From Dehalococcoidia bacterium (lineage in GTDB: Bacteria; Chloroflexota; Dehalococcoidia; UBA6926): a stretch of DNA of 64,000 nucleotides. Location: contig CAXXET010000004.1 of NCBI GenBank assembly GCA_963666115.2, positions 384,001 through 448,000 of the forward strand. The letters run 5' to 3'. Under the pieces are notes generated by a model. It saw only the letters and a list, made by a program, of their open reading frames with translations, was not told where the DNA came from and ran no database searches. A program made the position numbers and the translations under genes. Below are positions 27,408-37,267 of this stretch, in pieces (position 1 is the first letter of the stretch; every line of letters begins with the position of its first letter).

Positions 27408-28457
27408 CTATGCTCCCGGCGAGGCGGCGGGTTCGGCAGCCTGGCTCCGCGCGTGAATGGCGGCCAGTTCGGCCTTGATGGCGGCGACGACGTCATGGTC
27501 TTTCATCAGTTGGGCGGTGCGGATTGCGCCGTGCACCATGGGGGCGCGGGCGCGGCCATGGCCGACAATGACGATTCCGTTGACGCCAAGAATCGGGCCG
27601 CCTGCAGTTTCCATCAGATTGATCTTGCGGAAGATGCCCATTGCGATGTCGCGGGCTTTTTCGGGGCCGATTTCCGGGGCGAGCCGCTCGCCGAGATCGC
27701 GGGCGATTGCCTGTCCAAGGCCCTCGCTGTACTTGAGGAGCGCATTGCCGACGAAGCCGTCCGCGAGAATGACGTTTGCCCTGCCCTGCGCGGCTTCATG
27801 CGCTTCAAGATTGCCGATGAAGTTCAGGCCGGAGTTTTCAAGGCCGGCATAGGCCTCCTTGACCTGCTTGCTGCCCTTGGTCGGCTCCTCGCCAACGTTG
27901 AGCAGGGCGACGCTGGGGTTTTCGATTTCAAGGTAGGCGCGGGCAGTAGCGACGCCAATGGCGGCGAAGTCGAGGAATTGGGCGGGGCGGGCATCGACGT
28001 TGGCGCCCATGTCCAGCCAGATGGTGTTGGGGGCGTAGCCAAGCGCGGGACCGCCCAGGACGGGGCGGTCAAGGTTCTCAAGGGTGCCGAGCAGGAAGTG
28101 GGCGCTGGCCATAAGGGCGCCGGTGGAGCCCATGCTGACGACGGCATCGGCCATGCCTTCCTTGACAAGGCCGGCGGCGATGAGAACCGATGCCTTTGGC
28201 TTGCGGCGGAGGGCAAGGGCGGGCTGCTCCGTTTCCTCGATGGCGTCATCGGACGGAACAACCTGGATGGCAAGGCCGGCGGTGTCTTCATTGTCCAGTT
28301 CCGCCTGGACGCGCTCCGGCACGCCAACGAGAAAGACGGCCGCTCCCTCACGCGCCGCGGCAATGCCACCCTTGACGATCTCCGCAGGGGCATGATCGCC
28401 TCCCATAGCATCAAGCGCCACGCGGAATCCGCGTCCGTCAGGCGGGGGCATCGTCAC
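27408..28457 (-). CDS. plsX: Phosphate acyltransferase PlsX
   Basis: VALDAMGGDHAP, GSTGA, DMGAN, LLNVGEE..KG, DGFVGN..LK. Confidence 0.93.
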   Translation of the reverse strand: MTMPPPDGRGFRVALDAMGGDHAPAEIVKGGIAAAREGAAVFLVGVPERVQAELDNEDTAGLAIQVVPSDDAIEETEQPALALRRKPKASVLIAAGLVKEGMADAVVSMGSTGALMASAHFLLGTLENLDRPVLGGPALGYAPNTIWLDMGANVDARPAQFLDFAAIGVATARAYLEIENPSVALLNVGEEPTKGSKQVKEAYAGLENSGLNFIGNLEAHEAAQGRANVILADGFVGNALLKYSEGLGQAIARDLGERLAPEIGPEKARDIAMGIFRKINLMETAGGPILGVNGIVIVGHGRARAPMVHGAIRTAQLMKDHDVVAAIKAELAAIHARSQAAEPAASPGA

Positions 28458-28504
28458 GATTCTGTCCTCCGGTCAGGCTCATCCCATGTAGGGACGGCAG
28501 TATT

Positions 28505-28909
28505 TCACTCCGATACTGTCAGCGTTGCATCGCCGGTCGCGAGTCGTTCGCGCGGATCGGCTTTCCAACATTCTACGATGCAATGCACATCTATTGTGCC
28601 ATCGTCTCGCGGATGCCGCGCGCGTTCTTGCAGCGCAACCTCCACGACATCGCCCGGGCGGGCGGGGGCGCGGAAGCGGGCGCGCATCCTGCCGGTGGCG
28701 GCCCACGGCACGCCGTACACCTGCGACAGGGCGTCCGACATGTAGCCGAACAGCATCATCCCGTGCGCGACAATGCCGCCGAACCGGGTTGTGGTCGCGA
28801 ATTCGGCGTCAAGGTGGACGGGGTTGTAGTCGCCTGATGCCGCGGCGTAGGCAGCGATGCGCTCCTGCGTCACCGTGCGCGTGAGGACCGGGGCGCCACT
28901 ATCCGTCAC
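28505..28909 (-). CDS. MaoC-family (hot-dog fold) dehydratase
   Basis: Hydratase motif YAAASGDYNPVHLD...VAHGM. Confidence 0.88.
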   Translation of the reverse strand: MTDSGAPVLTRTVTQERIAAYAAASGDYNPVHLDAEFATTTRFGGIVAHGMMLFGYMSDALSQVYGVPWAATGRMRARFRAPARPGDVVEVALQERARHPRDDGTIDVHCIVECWKADPRERLATGDATLTVSE

Positions 28910-28919
28910 CGGACCGCCC

Positions 28920-29369
28920 TCACTCGTCTCCGGGTGGCAGCATGACCGTGCCGGTTCCCGTCGCAAGCTGCTGGCCATCGCCGGATTCATCAAGCGTGCT
29001 CTCAACGTTGAAATCGAGCGAGACGAGCGTCATGCCCGCCCTGTTCGAGACATTGGCAACGACGGCCTCGCAGACCGCCTGCGTATCCACGGGAATGGGA
29101 CGCCAGACGCGGATTTCCTGGGAGGCGTGCATGGCGCCAGGGGGGAGCGCGACGTGGCGGAGGAGGACGCCGAGAGACAGGGACGCCATGACGGACGGCG
29201 GGACGAGTTCCACGCCGTTCTCATCCTGGGGCAGGCTTGCCTCCACGGAGTCCAGAAGGCTGACGACGGCCTCACGGCTGAGGTCAAGCCGGGTCGGCGT
29301 GAATTCCTGGCCGGCGTGGACGGTTTCAAGGTCGACGCGGGCGTGTGGCTCAGGCGTTGAGGAAGTCAA
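28920..29369 (-). CDS. MaoC-like hot-dog fold partner subunit
   Basis: LVPPS, GAMHASQE motif; directly upstream of the catalytic MaoC gene. Confidence 0.7.
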   Translation of the reverse strand: MTSSTPEPHARVDLETVHAGQEFTPTRLDLSREAVVSLLDSVEASLPQDENGVELVPPSVMASLSLGVLLRHVALPPGAMHASQEIRVWRPIPVDTQAVCEAVVANVSNRAGMTLVSLDFNVESTLDESGDGQQLATGTGTVMLPPGDE

Positions 29370-30144
29370 GCAATGCCCTGTTGAACTCGTCCGGCTTGTC
29401 CAGGTTGGAGAGGTGGCTTGCGCCCGGGATCTTCACGAGGGTTGAGTTGTAGATCGCCTCCGCCATGGCCTCGGCATCGGCGGGGGGCGTGATTCCGTCC
29501 TCTTCGCCAACGACGATCAGGGTGGGAACGGCGATGGAGGGCAGGAGGTCAGACCGATCGGGCCGGACAGCCATGCCGCGGGCCGCGCCGGCGACACCGG
29601 CGGGGGAGGCGGCGCGGATCATGTCGGACGCCTTGGCGGCAACGTCCGGCTTGCCACTGACGGTGGCCTCGGTCAACATGCGAGCCGGCAGGGCATCGGC
29701 GAGGCCGCCGACGCCGTCCGCCTCAACCTGCTTCGCAAGGTTCTCCCGCCCCTCGGCAGCCTGCTCGGTATCCGGGAGGTGGCGGGTGTCCAACAGCATC
29801 AGGCTCGCAATGTGCTCGGGATAGGCCTCAGCGAACGCCAGGGCGACGTAGCCGCCCATGGAGAAACCGCCAAGGGCGACCTCCCCGAGGGAGAGTTCCT
29901 CGACGAGGATGTGCAAGTCCTTGGCAAGCATCTCCATCGTGTAGGTCTCGCTGGTCGCGCCGGAGTCGCCGTGCCCGCGCAGATCATAGGTGATGACGCG
30001 GTTGTTCTCGGCGAGAACGGGGACCTGGTCGTCCCACATGGACTTGTTGTACGGAAAGCCGTGGATGAGAACGACGGGAGGGCCATCGCCCTGCCCCTGG
30101 TCTGTGTAGGCGGTATCGATTCCGTTGGTCTGGACGGTCGGCAT
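29350..30144 (-). CDS. Alpha/beta hydrolase
   Basis: LIHGFP, DLRGHG, GFSMGG nucleophile elbow, ASHLSN. Confidence 0.92.
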   Translation of the reverse strand: MPTVQTNGIDTAYTDQGQGDGPPVVLIHGFPYNKSMWDDQVPVLAENNRVITYDLRGHGDSGATSETYTMEMLAKDLHILVEELSLGEVALGGFSMGGYVALAFAEAYPEHIASLMLLDTRHLPDTEQAAEGRENLAKQVEADGVGGLADALPARMLTEATVSGKPDVAAKASDMIRAASPAGVAGAARGMAVRPDRSDLLPSIAVPTLIVVGEEDGITPPADAEAMAEAIYNSTLVKIPGASHLSNLDKPDEFNRALLDFLNA

Positions 30145-30287
30145 AGACGTATCCCCCTGCCCTTGCTTACTCAATCATGTGCGCTGTCTAGAGTGTATCA
30201 GCGCACGAAGAGACACCGCTACAGGGACAGCGGTGGGCATCCCTGCGTTACAATGCAATGGCGCAGTATGCAAGATTCTTCGGGGGT

Positions 30288-32534
30288 ATGACAGTGACAT
30301 CAACAGCGGGGAGCGGCGGTTCAAAGCTTGTGGGGGCGTCTGTGCCGCGCGTGGACGGCCCGGAAAAGGTGACAGGGTCCGCGATTTACGGGCTTGACGC
30401 GCAGGCGCCGGGCATGTTGTGGATGAAGATTTTGCGCAGCCCGTTCCCGCACGCGCGGATTGTGTCGGTTGACGCGTCAGCCGCGAGCGCGCTGCCGGGC
30501 GTCCACCTGGTTCTCACGGGAGAGGACGTCAAGGGCATGTTGACGGGCGCGATGATCAAGGACATGCCGCTGCTGGCGTGGGATCGCGTGATGCTGGTTG
30601 GGGACAAGGTTGCGGCGGTCATCGCGGACGATGAGGACATCGCGCAACAGGCCATCGGGCTGATCGACATCGAGTATGAGGAGCTGGCGGCGATCATCGA
30701 GCCGGAGGACGCGATGACCGATGACGCGCCAATCCTGCATCCTGACGCCGGCTCATACGAGGGAATGCCGCCGCGCGACGAGCACCCCAACCGCTACGCG
30801 GGCGTTCATTTCGCCAAGGGCGACATGGACGCCGGTTTCGCCGAGGCGGATCACATCATCGAGCGGACGTACAGGACGCCCCTGCTCCACCAGGGGTACC
30901 TGGAGCCGCACGCCTGCCTCGTGTACGTGGACGACGAGGGCGTTCTGCAGGTGTGGAACGCGAACGATTCACCGACGGGGGCGCAGCAGGAGCTTGCGCG
31001 GCTGACGGGCATTGACGAGGACAACATCAATTTCAACTTCAATTACGTGGGCGGCTCGTTCGGCGGGAAGTCGTCGGGCACGGACGTCGCGCTGGCGTAT
31101 GAGTTCACGAAGCGGACCGGCAGGCCGATCAAATGGACGATCGAGTATGACGAAGAGTTCCAGAACATGACGATGCGGCACCCGGCGACGATGCGGGTGA
31201 AGGCGGGCGTGAAGGGCGACGGCACGATCACGGCGTGGGAGTCCGAGATTCACTTCGCGGGCGGCGGCTACGCAGCGTACGCTCCCCTGCCCGCGATCAT
31301 GGGCATCCTCGAAATCGTGGGGCCGTACCGCATTGCGAACGTCAAGGTTGACTCGCACCAGGTGTACACCAATACCTCGCCGTGCACATACGCGCGGGCG
31401 CCCGGCCACGTGCAGGCGCACTTTGCCGGAGAATCGCACATGGACGTGCTCGCCAACGCCATTGGGATGGATCCGATGGACTTCCGGCTGCACAACGTGG
31501 TGGAGCCGGGCGAAGAGTATCCGGTTGGCGAGCAGTGGGAGAACGTGCAGGCGGGGGCGGCGCTGCGGCGCGCGGCGGAGGCGGCGGGCTACTACGACGC
31601 CAAGCCGGAGGGCGTTGGGCGGGGGGTTGCCATCGGCAGCCATTCGCAGATCGGCGCGACGGGCAGCGTGGCGGTCAAGGTGATGGAAGACGGGCGGGTG
31701 GAAATCAACCATCCTGTCTTCGATCCCGGCACGGGCACGGGCACAATCATCGCGCAGATCGTCGCCGACGAGCTTGATATTCCAATCGACCGCATCGACG
31801 TCGTTACGTGGTCGACGCGGGAGGGCAAGACGGGGGACATGGGGATCGCGGGCAGCCGCGGGGCGCGGATGTTCAGCACGGCGGGATTCAATGCCACGCA
31901 GGAAGTGAAGGGACGGCTGCAGCGTCTGACCTCAGAGTTCATGGGGTGGGACGAGGAGCGGTTGACCATCGAGGCGGGGCACATCGTTAACGGCGCGAAT
32001 ACGGACGAACGGATCGCAATCGAGGACATCGCGCGGCGCTTCGGCGAGCCCGTCGGCGCGCGGACGGACGAGATGGAGGGCTTCGACAGCCCATGGAACG
32101 GGTACGGCGTCCACGTGGTGGACGTTTCGGTCGACCCGGACACGGCGGAGGTGACGCCGCTGCGGTATACGGCGGTGCATGAGACGGGCCGGGTGCTGAA
32201 TCCGATGGGGTTCACGAGCCAGATCGAGGGCGGCATCGTGCAGTCCATCGGCTCGGCGCTGATGGAGGGGCTGTTCTACGACGAGAGCGGGCGGGTGATG
32301 AATCCATCGTTCGCGGACATGAAGCTGCCGACGGCGCGCGACATTCCGAGCCTGGACGTTGTGGTGATGGAGTCCGACGACGGCCACGGGCCGCTGCGGG
32401 CGCGGGGCATCGGCGAGCACGCGAACAGCATGGCGGCGCCGGCGATTGCGAACGCGGTGGCGGACTCCATCGGGGCGCGCGTTGAAAGCCTGCCCATCAC
32501 GGCGGAGAAGGTGTATGGGGCGCTCCAGGGATAA
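30288..32534 (+). CDS. Xanthine dehydrogenase-family molybdopterin-binding (large) subunit
   Basis: KVTG.A.Y, RSPFPHA, HQGYLEPH, GGSFGGK, RAPG, QIEGG, GIGE...PAIANA. Confidence 0.93.
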   Translation: MTVTSTAGSGGSKLVGASVPRVDGPEKVTGSAIYGLDAQAPGMLWMKILRSPFPHARIVSVDASAASALPGVHLVLTGEDVKGMLTGAMIKDMPLLAWDRVMLVGDKVAAVIADDEDIAQQAIGLIDIEYEELAAIIEPEDAMTDDAPILHPDAGSYEGMPPRDEHPNRYAGVHFAKGDMDAGFAEADHIIERTYRTPLLHQGYLEPHACLVYVDDEGVLQVWNANDSPTGAQQELARLTGIDEDNINFNFNYVGGSFGGKSSGTDVALAYEFTKRTGRPIKWTIEYDEEFQNMTMRHPATMRVKAGVKGDGTITAWESEIHFAGGGYAAYAPLPAIMGILEIVGPYRIANVKVDSHQVYTNTSPCTYARAPGHVQAHFAGESHMDVLANAIGMDPMDFRLHNVVEPGEEYPVGEQWENVQAGAALRRAAEAAGYYDAKPEGVGRGVAIGSHSQIGATGSVAVKVMEDGRVEINHPVFDPGTGTGTIIAQIVADELDIPIDRIDVVTWSTREGKTGDMGIAGSRGARMFSTAGFNATQEVKGRLQRLTSEFMGWDEERLTIEAGHIVNGANTDERIAIEDIARRFGEPVGARTDEMEGFDSPWNGYGVHVVDVSVDPDTAEVTPLRYTAVHETGRVLNPMGFTSQIEGGIVQSIGSALMEGLFYDESGRVMNPSFADMKLPTARDIPSLDVVVMESDDGHGPLRARGIGEHANSMAAPAIANAVADSIGARVESLPITAEKVYGALQG

Positions 32535-32546
32535 GTCACAGGCAGA

Positions 32547-32978
32547 GTGAGGGGGCATCCAAACGTGACTTTCGAGCCGGACCCATCACTGATTGTCCAG
32601 GCTATCGACAGGCAGCGCGAGCTCGAGGCACGGGCCGCAGCGGTTGAGTTGAGCGCGGAATTGGTGGAGCGAGCGCGGCAAATCCTGATTCCGGCGGCGC
32701 GCAACGGGCAGCGGATGAGCTACGCGCAGTTTGCGGCGCAGCTTAACGTGCCCGACATCGAGGGGACGACGTGTGATCCACTGCTCGTGCACGTGGCGGA
32801 GAGCGAGGCGGAGGCGGGACGCCCCCTGCTCAGCGTCATCGTCGTCAACAGCCACAACCGGCGGCCCAGCGCGGCGCTGTGCGAACTCATTCGTGAGATG
32901 CGCGGGTGGGACTGTGACGCCGAAGAGGCGTACCTGAAGGAGTTCACGCTCGTCGTGGACTACTGGCGGCCGGTGTAG
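32547..32978 (+). CDS. Hypothetical protein, possibly winged-helix-like
   Basis: Co-oriented between the Mo-enzyme and the selenoprotein; MSYAQFA...GRPLLSVIVV pattern; start uncertain. Confidence 0.6.
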   Translation: MRGHPNVTFEPDPSLIVQAIDRQRELEARAAAVELSAELVERARQILIPAARNGQRMSYAQFAAQLNVPDIEGTTCDPLLVHVAESEAEAGRPLLSVIVVNSHNRRPSAALCELIREMRGWDCDAEEAYLKEFTLVVDYWRPV

Positions 32979-33008
32979 CGCGCCATAGCCGGCAACAAGG
33001 AACATCCG

Positions 33009-33950
33009 ATGCCGATAGACCTGCGTGATCTGGCGCGGCTGCCGCCGTCTATCGAGAACATGGCGTTCTCGAAGATCCGGGTGGAACGGCTTTCGGAGGA
33101 TGAGGTGGTTCGATTCTTCAATGGGCTGTATCAGGCTGCCCTGCTTTCGCACGACGACGGCGATTGGTCGCGGGTTGATTCGTATCTCAATGAGTGGGAG
33201 CGCGACCTGGTTTCACGGGTCAATCCCAACGCGATTTCGTTTGATTCGTCGCCGTGGGCGGCGTTCGAGAAGCCGCTTTCGGAGGCGCGCATTGCGTTGA
33301 TAACGACGGGCGGCGTGTACGTTCGGGAGGGGCAAGAGCCGTTCGTGGACGACGATCCGTCTTACCGCGTGATTCCGTCCGCCGCACCAACTTCAGACCT
33401 GGCGATCTTCCATGAGCACTACGACACGTCGAACGCGGAGAAGGACATCAACGTCATCTTTCCTATTGAGCGGCTGCGGGAGATGGAGGCGGAGGGGGCG
33501 ATTGGGTCGCTCGCTATAGACGCTTTCGGGTTCATGGGCTATATCGTCGGGGACAATATCCCACGCCTGATGGAGGAGACCGCGCCGGGGGCGGCACGGG
33601 CGCTGCGCGCAGATAACGTTGACGCGGCGCTTGTGGGCACGACTTGACCGATCTGCAATCAGTCCGGGGGGCTGATCGCGCGAGCGCTGGAGGAGCACGG
33701 CATCTCAACGGTGGTGGTGAACCAGGGTTTGCAGCAGCCGATGCGCGTCAAGCCGCCCCGCACGTTGTACGTGAAGCATCCCTACGGGCAGCCGTTCGGG
33801 CAGCCGGGGGCGGTGGATCAACAGCGGACAATCGTGGAGGACGCGCTCAACCTGCTGGAGACGGTCACGGAGCCGGGAACAATCGCCCACTCGCCGTACA
33901 AATGGCGGCGGGAGGATTTTTCGGCTATCCGGAGAGAGCGGCGGGGTTAA
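33009..33950 (+). CDS. Glycine/sarcosine/betaine/D-proline reductase selenoprotein B (PrdB/GrdB)-like protein, Sec at TGA 33645-33647
   Basis: KPLSEARIALITTGG, DPSYRVIP, HYD, DINVIFP..RL; read-through gives T-U-PICNQSGGLIARALEEHGISTV...PPRTL...PYG.P.G to TAA at 33950 (UxxC motif). Confidence 0.9.
33658..33676 (+). promoter_or_regulatory. Putative bacterial SECIS hairpin
   Basis: ATCAGTC-cgggg-GGCTGAT (one G-U pair) starting 10 nt after the in-frame TGA. Confidence 0.65.
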
Positions 33951-33953
33951 GCT

Positions 33954-34799
33954 CTAGTCGCCGGTTTCCTGGATGGGCGTGTCGGACTGCGCGTACTCCA
34001 GGGTCGACAGGTCTTTCTTGAGGCTGCGGGCCATGGGCAGCATGGTGGTGGCCGTCATTCCAGCGCCGAGGATTCCGCCCAGGAGAGGGATGGCCTTGGA
34101 GAGTCCGCGGGTGAAGGTGTGCTTGGTGATCTTGACACCGATGTAGCGGCCAACACGCTTGGCAAGCATGGCGGACGCATGGTGTGTCACGGCGCGGGCG
34201 GAGAGCTGCTGGAGGCCCTGCTTGGCCGCGCCGACGCCCATCATCGCGCCGATGAACATGGTGATGTCCGCCTGCGCGATGTCATCCAACTCGCCATCGT
34301 GCAGGAGGTCCGGCCAGCCGTAGAGATAGGCGAGCTCCTGCGCCATCACGGTTAGGTGGTAGAAGTACTGGGCGAGGTCAGCCGGAATCGTGCCCAGCAT
34401 GGCAAATCCGCCGGGGATGCCGGTTGCGAATGAGATGCCGGACGCGCGGGCTACGTGCTTCCTGATGAGGACGTTTGCGCGGCCATCGATCTTTTCGATT
34501 TCGATGCCCGCCAGCGCGGGGCGGGTCGCGATGGCCCTTTCAATCTGTTCCTCATCGGCAACCGACTTCAGGGCTGAACGCAGGAATTTCTCGCGATTGA
34601 CCGTGACGCCGGGGACGGCGAGCGCGGCGTGAAGGACACGCTGCCAAACGCGGTCGTCGTGGCCGGACTCAACAAGCTCAAGGGTGCCGTTATCGTCCTC
34701 AAGCGCGGTTGCCTCGTGCTCAAGGCGTTCCTCGGCAATATGAGCCTTGCTCTCGACTTCCAGTGTCGGAGCTTCGCTGTCCGCTCGTTCATCCGACAT
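33954..34799 (-). CDS. EcsC-like family protein
   Basis: VPGVTVNREKFL, GIPGG.AM.GTIPADLAQY, AQELAYLYGW, KAIPLLGG. Confidence 0.7.
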   Translation of the reverse strand: MSDERADSEAPTLEVESKAHIAEERLEHEATALEDDNGTLELVESGHDDRVWQRVLHAALAVPGVTVNREKFLRSALKSVADEEQIERAIATRPALAGIEIEKIDGRANVLIRKHVARASGISFATGIPGGFAMLGTIPADLAQYFYHLTVMAQELAYLYGWPDLLHDGELDDIAQADITMFIGAMMGVGAAKQGLQQLSARAVTHHASAMLAKRVGRYIGVKITKHTFTRGLSKAIPLLGGILGAGMTATTMLPMARSLKKDLSTLEYAQSDTPIQETGD

Positions 34800-34866
34800 G
34801 CTGCCCTCCCCGGGCGACCGTTTATCCCTGTCTCATCATACACGCGCCGCGACGCCTAATGTTACG

Positions 34867-35985
34867 TCAGTATGAACGGAACAGTTCTCCCCACGGCGTT
34901 TCCAGGGCTTTCCCGGCTCGACGCCGGCCAATCGTGTTGTACCAATAGCCGTTGAAGTAGAGGTTTGACGCGACATAGGACCAGGGGGCGATGACGGTGC
35001 GCAGGAGCAGGTGTTCAAGGCGTTTGAGGGGGCCCCAGTAGATGAGCTTTTGGCCGCGGCTGGCGAACGTATCCTCCGTGGCCTTGAGACGCCAGTTCAC
35101 CTCGGACACGTCCTCGCCAACGATTTCGATTTCGCGCGGGTCGCCAGTTCCCAGTCCTGCCTCATGGGCAAGACGAATGAACTTGACGGACATGGGGTCG
35201 ATTCCCATGAGCTTGGCGGAGACAGCGTCGATGGCCACCTGATCCGCCGATGCGAGCAGGATGTTCTTGGTTTGCCACTGCATGGCGCGGGGGCCGGGTC
35301 CATCGCCGACAAAGGTGCCGTCCATGACGGCGAACAGGCCGGGGTGGATCTCTTTCTGGATGGCGAGCAAGTCGACGAGGGTTTCGTGGATGACGGAGTG
35401 GGTCCAGTGGCGGCGGTGGTTGAGGAGGCCGCCGAACGCATTCTTCATCGCGCCGGTCATCGTGGTGAAGACGTGGGTTTTCATTGTTGGCAGGTGAATG
35501 ACGTTCTTGCCGGGAAACATGGCGGGGATGCGGAGGCCGTCAGGGAAGATGTCACCCAATACCCGCATCTCTTCGCGGGGGTGGAACTCCATCCATTCCA
35601 CGTCTTCGAGATGGGTATTCGGGATGCCGTGCTTCTCGATAACCGGCAAGTGCTTGTTGTTGACCTCGCCGACCTTTGCGTCAACGACGACCGTGCCGTT
35701 ATGCGCGGCGATGATGTCCTGGTATCCATCCTCCTTGAGCGTTTTGATCACGCCGTCCAACTGCCAGGGCGTAGTGGAGCAGGCCGGGTACCAGAGCTGC
35801 CAGGAGATGTTGACCTTGAGGAGGGTCGCGGCGGCGGCATCAAGGGTTTCGTGATAACCGGCGAGGCGCATCAGGCGGCCAATATCGTCCAGCACCGTTT
35901 CAGGCGTCGTGTAGACGACGGCTACGCGGGAGCGGGAGGGCGGCGCGGCATCCGGGGCCGGGTTGTCCAGAACTGTTTGCGTCAT
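34867..35985 (-). CDS. DUF362 domain protein
   Basis: LLKVN, LPTMKTHVFTTMTGAMKNAFGG, MDG...GPGP, DQVAID. Confidence 0.85.
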   Translation of the reverse strand: MTQTVLDNPAPDAAPPSRSRVAVVYTTPETVLDDIGRLMRLAGYHETLDAAAATLLKVNISWQLWYPACSTTPWQLDGVIKTLKEDGYQDIIAAHNGTVVVDAKVGEVNNKHLPVIEKHGIPNTHLEDVEWMEFHPREEMRVLGDIFPDGLRIPAMFPGKNVIHLPTMKTHVFTTMTGAMKNAFGGLLNHRRHWTHSVIHETLVDLLAIQKEIHPGLFAVMDGTFVGDGPGPRAMQWQTKNILLASADQVAIDAVSAKLMGIDPMSVKFIRLAHEAGLGTGDPREIEIVGEDVSEVNWRLKATEDTFASRGQKLIYWGPLKRLEHLLLRTVIAPWSYVASNLYFNGYWYNTIGRRRAGKALETPWGELFRSY

Positions 35986-36040
35986 TGATTGTCTGGAGGG
36001 ACTGGGAATACTCCGTTCCTTTCTCTCTATACTTTAGCGG

Positions 36041-36913
36041 ATGAGCACGGTAGGCCGCATTGACGCGCACGTTCACGTTTTCCACCCGGACGTGGCGGAG
36101 AATCGATTCCGCTACTTCCCGCAGGATGCCGCGTTCCACGAGATGTACCAGGCGCCAGACGCGCAGATCATCGTGACGGAGCAGCTCATAAACGCGATGG
36201 ACACGGCGGGGATTGCGCGATCGATTACGTGCGGATTCGGGTGGAGCACGAACGACCTGTGCCGGCAGGGGAATGACGCGATCATCGAGGCCGCGCGGCT
36301 GTATCCGAGCCGTGTGGCAGGGTTTGGCACGGTTGCGCCGAGGGACTCACTCTCGGAGGCACTGGCAGAAATTGACCGCCTGGCCGCAGCGGGCATCCGG
36401 GGATTGGGGGAGCTCCGGCCCGATACGCAGGGGCTGCTTGAGATGCAGGCGCAGGACATCGACGCATTTGCGGAGCATGTCCGGGGGCACGGCATGGGGC
36501 TGTTGATGCATGCGTCGGAACCGGTGGGACGAACGTACCCGGGCAAGGGGACGGCGACGCCCGAGCGGGTATACAGGCTGTTGGAGCGGCTGCGGGGAAT
36601 CCCCGTCATCCTTGCGCACGCGGGGGGCGGTTTGCCGTTCTACGCGAACCTCCGGGCCTCCGAGGACGTGTTTGCGGACGTGTACGTGGACACGGCGGCG
36701 ATGCCGTACCTATATGATCCGGCCACGGTTCGCGCGCTCATCAACTCCATCGGCCTCGACCGGGTGCTGTTCGCGACGGATTACCCACTGATGCGGCAGG
36801 AGCGGGTGATTCAATACCTCGATAGGGCGGGGCTGACATCGGACGAAATGGAGCGTGTGCTCCAGCACAATGCGGAGGAATTCTTGAGGAGAGTGGGAGC
36901 TTCGCGCAGGTGA
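36041..36913 (+). CDS. Amidohydrolase family protein (TIM barrel)
   Basis: IDAHVH, GLGEL, LAHAGG, VDTAA, FATDYP; TATACT 7 nt before the ATG. Confidence 0.9.
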   Translation: MSTVGRIDAHVHVFHPDVAENRFRYFPQDAAFHEMYQAPDAQIIVTEQLINAMDTAGIARSITCGFGWSTNDLCRQGNDAIIEAARLYPSRVAGFGTVAPRDSLSEALAEIDRLAAAGIRGLGELRPDTQGLLEMQAQDIDAFAEHVRGHGMGLLMHASEPVGRTYPGKGTATPERVYRLLERLRGIPVILAHAGGGLPFYANLRASEDVFADVYVDTAAMPYLYDPATVRALINSIGLDRVLFATDYPLMRQERVIQYLDRAGLTSDEMERVLQHNAEEFLRRVGASRR

Positions 36914-36951
36914 CGGCCGGCGGTGTATGTGGGGGGGGGGAGGGGGTTGGA

Positions 36952-36981
36952 TTGACAGGTTGGGGTGATTGAACGTAGGAT
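36952..36981 (+). promoter_or_regulatory. Putative trp operon promoter
   Basis: TTGACA-18-TAGGAT upstream of the T-box leader. Confidence 0.45.
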
Positions 36982-37006
36982 TTTTGGAAATTGAATAGGA
37001 GAATCT

Positions 37007-37215
37007 GAGGCGACGAACGAGAGTAGTACCGCCCATCGCCGGGCAACAGAGAGTCGGGGAACGGTGGAATCCCGACGCCGGGCAGGACGGGAATGGACTC
37101 GGGAGCCGACGTAGCAAGCAAGCGCTCTCGTCTTACGGGCGGGAGAATAAGGGTGGCACCGCGGGAATCCACGCGAATCGAGGACCCGTCCCTTTGAGGG
37201 GCGGGCTTTTTGTTT
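37007..37215 (+). ncRNA. T-box riboswitch with Trp (UGG) specifier
   Basis: Stem I elements AGTA, CAGAGAG and GGTGGAA; specifier GAA-TGG at 37094-37096; T-box AAGGGTGGCACCGCG at 37149-37163; terminator hairpin plus T-tract at about 37184-37215; upstream of trpE. Confidence 0.9.
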
Positions 37216-37267
37216 GTCCCTCTTCGTTAGAGGCGGACACGGGAGAAGCAGAAAGGCGGGAGTTCCA

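Noticed and set aside
33711-33950. Separate 79-aa ORF
   Set aside because: It is the in-frame C-terminal part of the PrdB-like selenoprotein.
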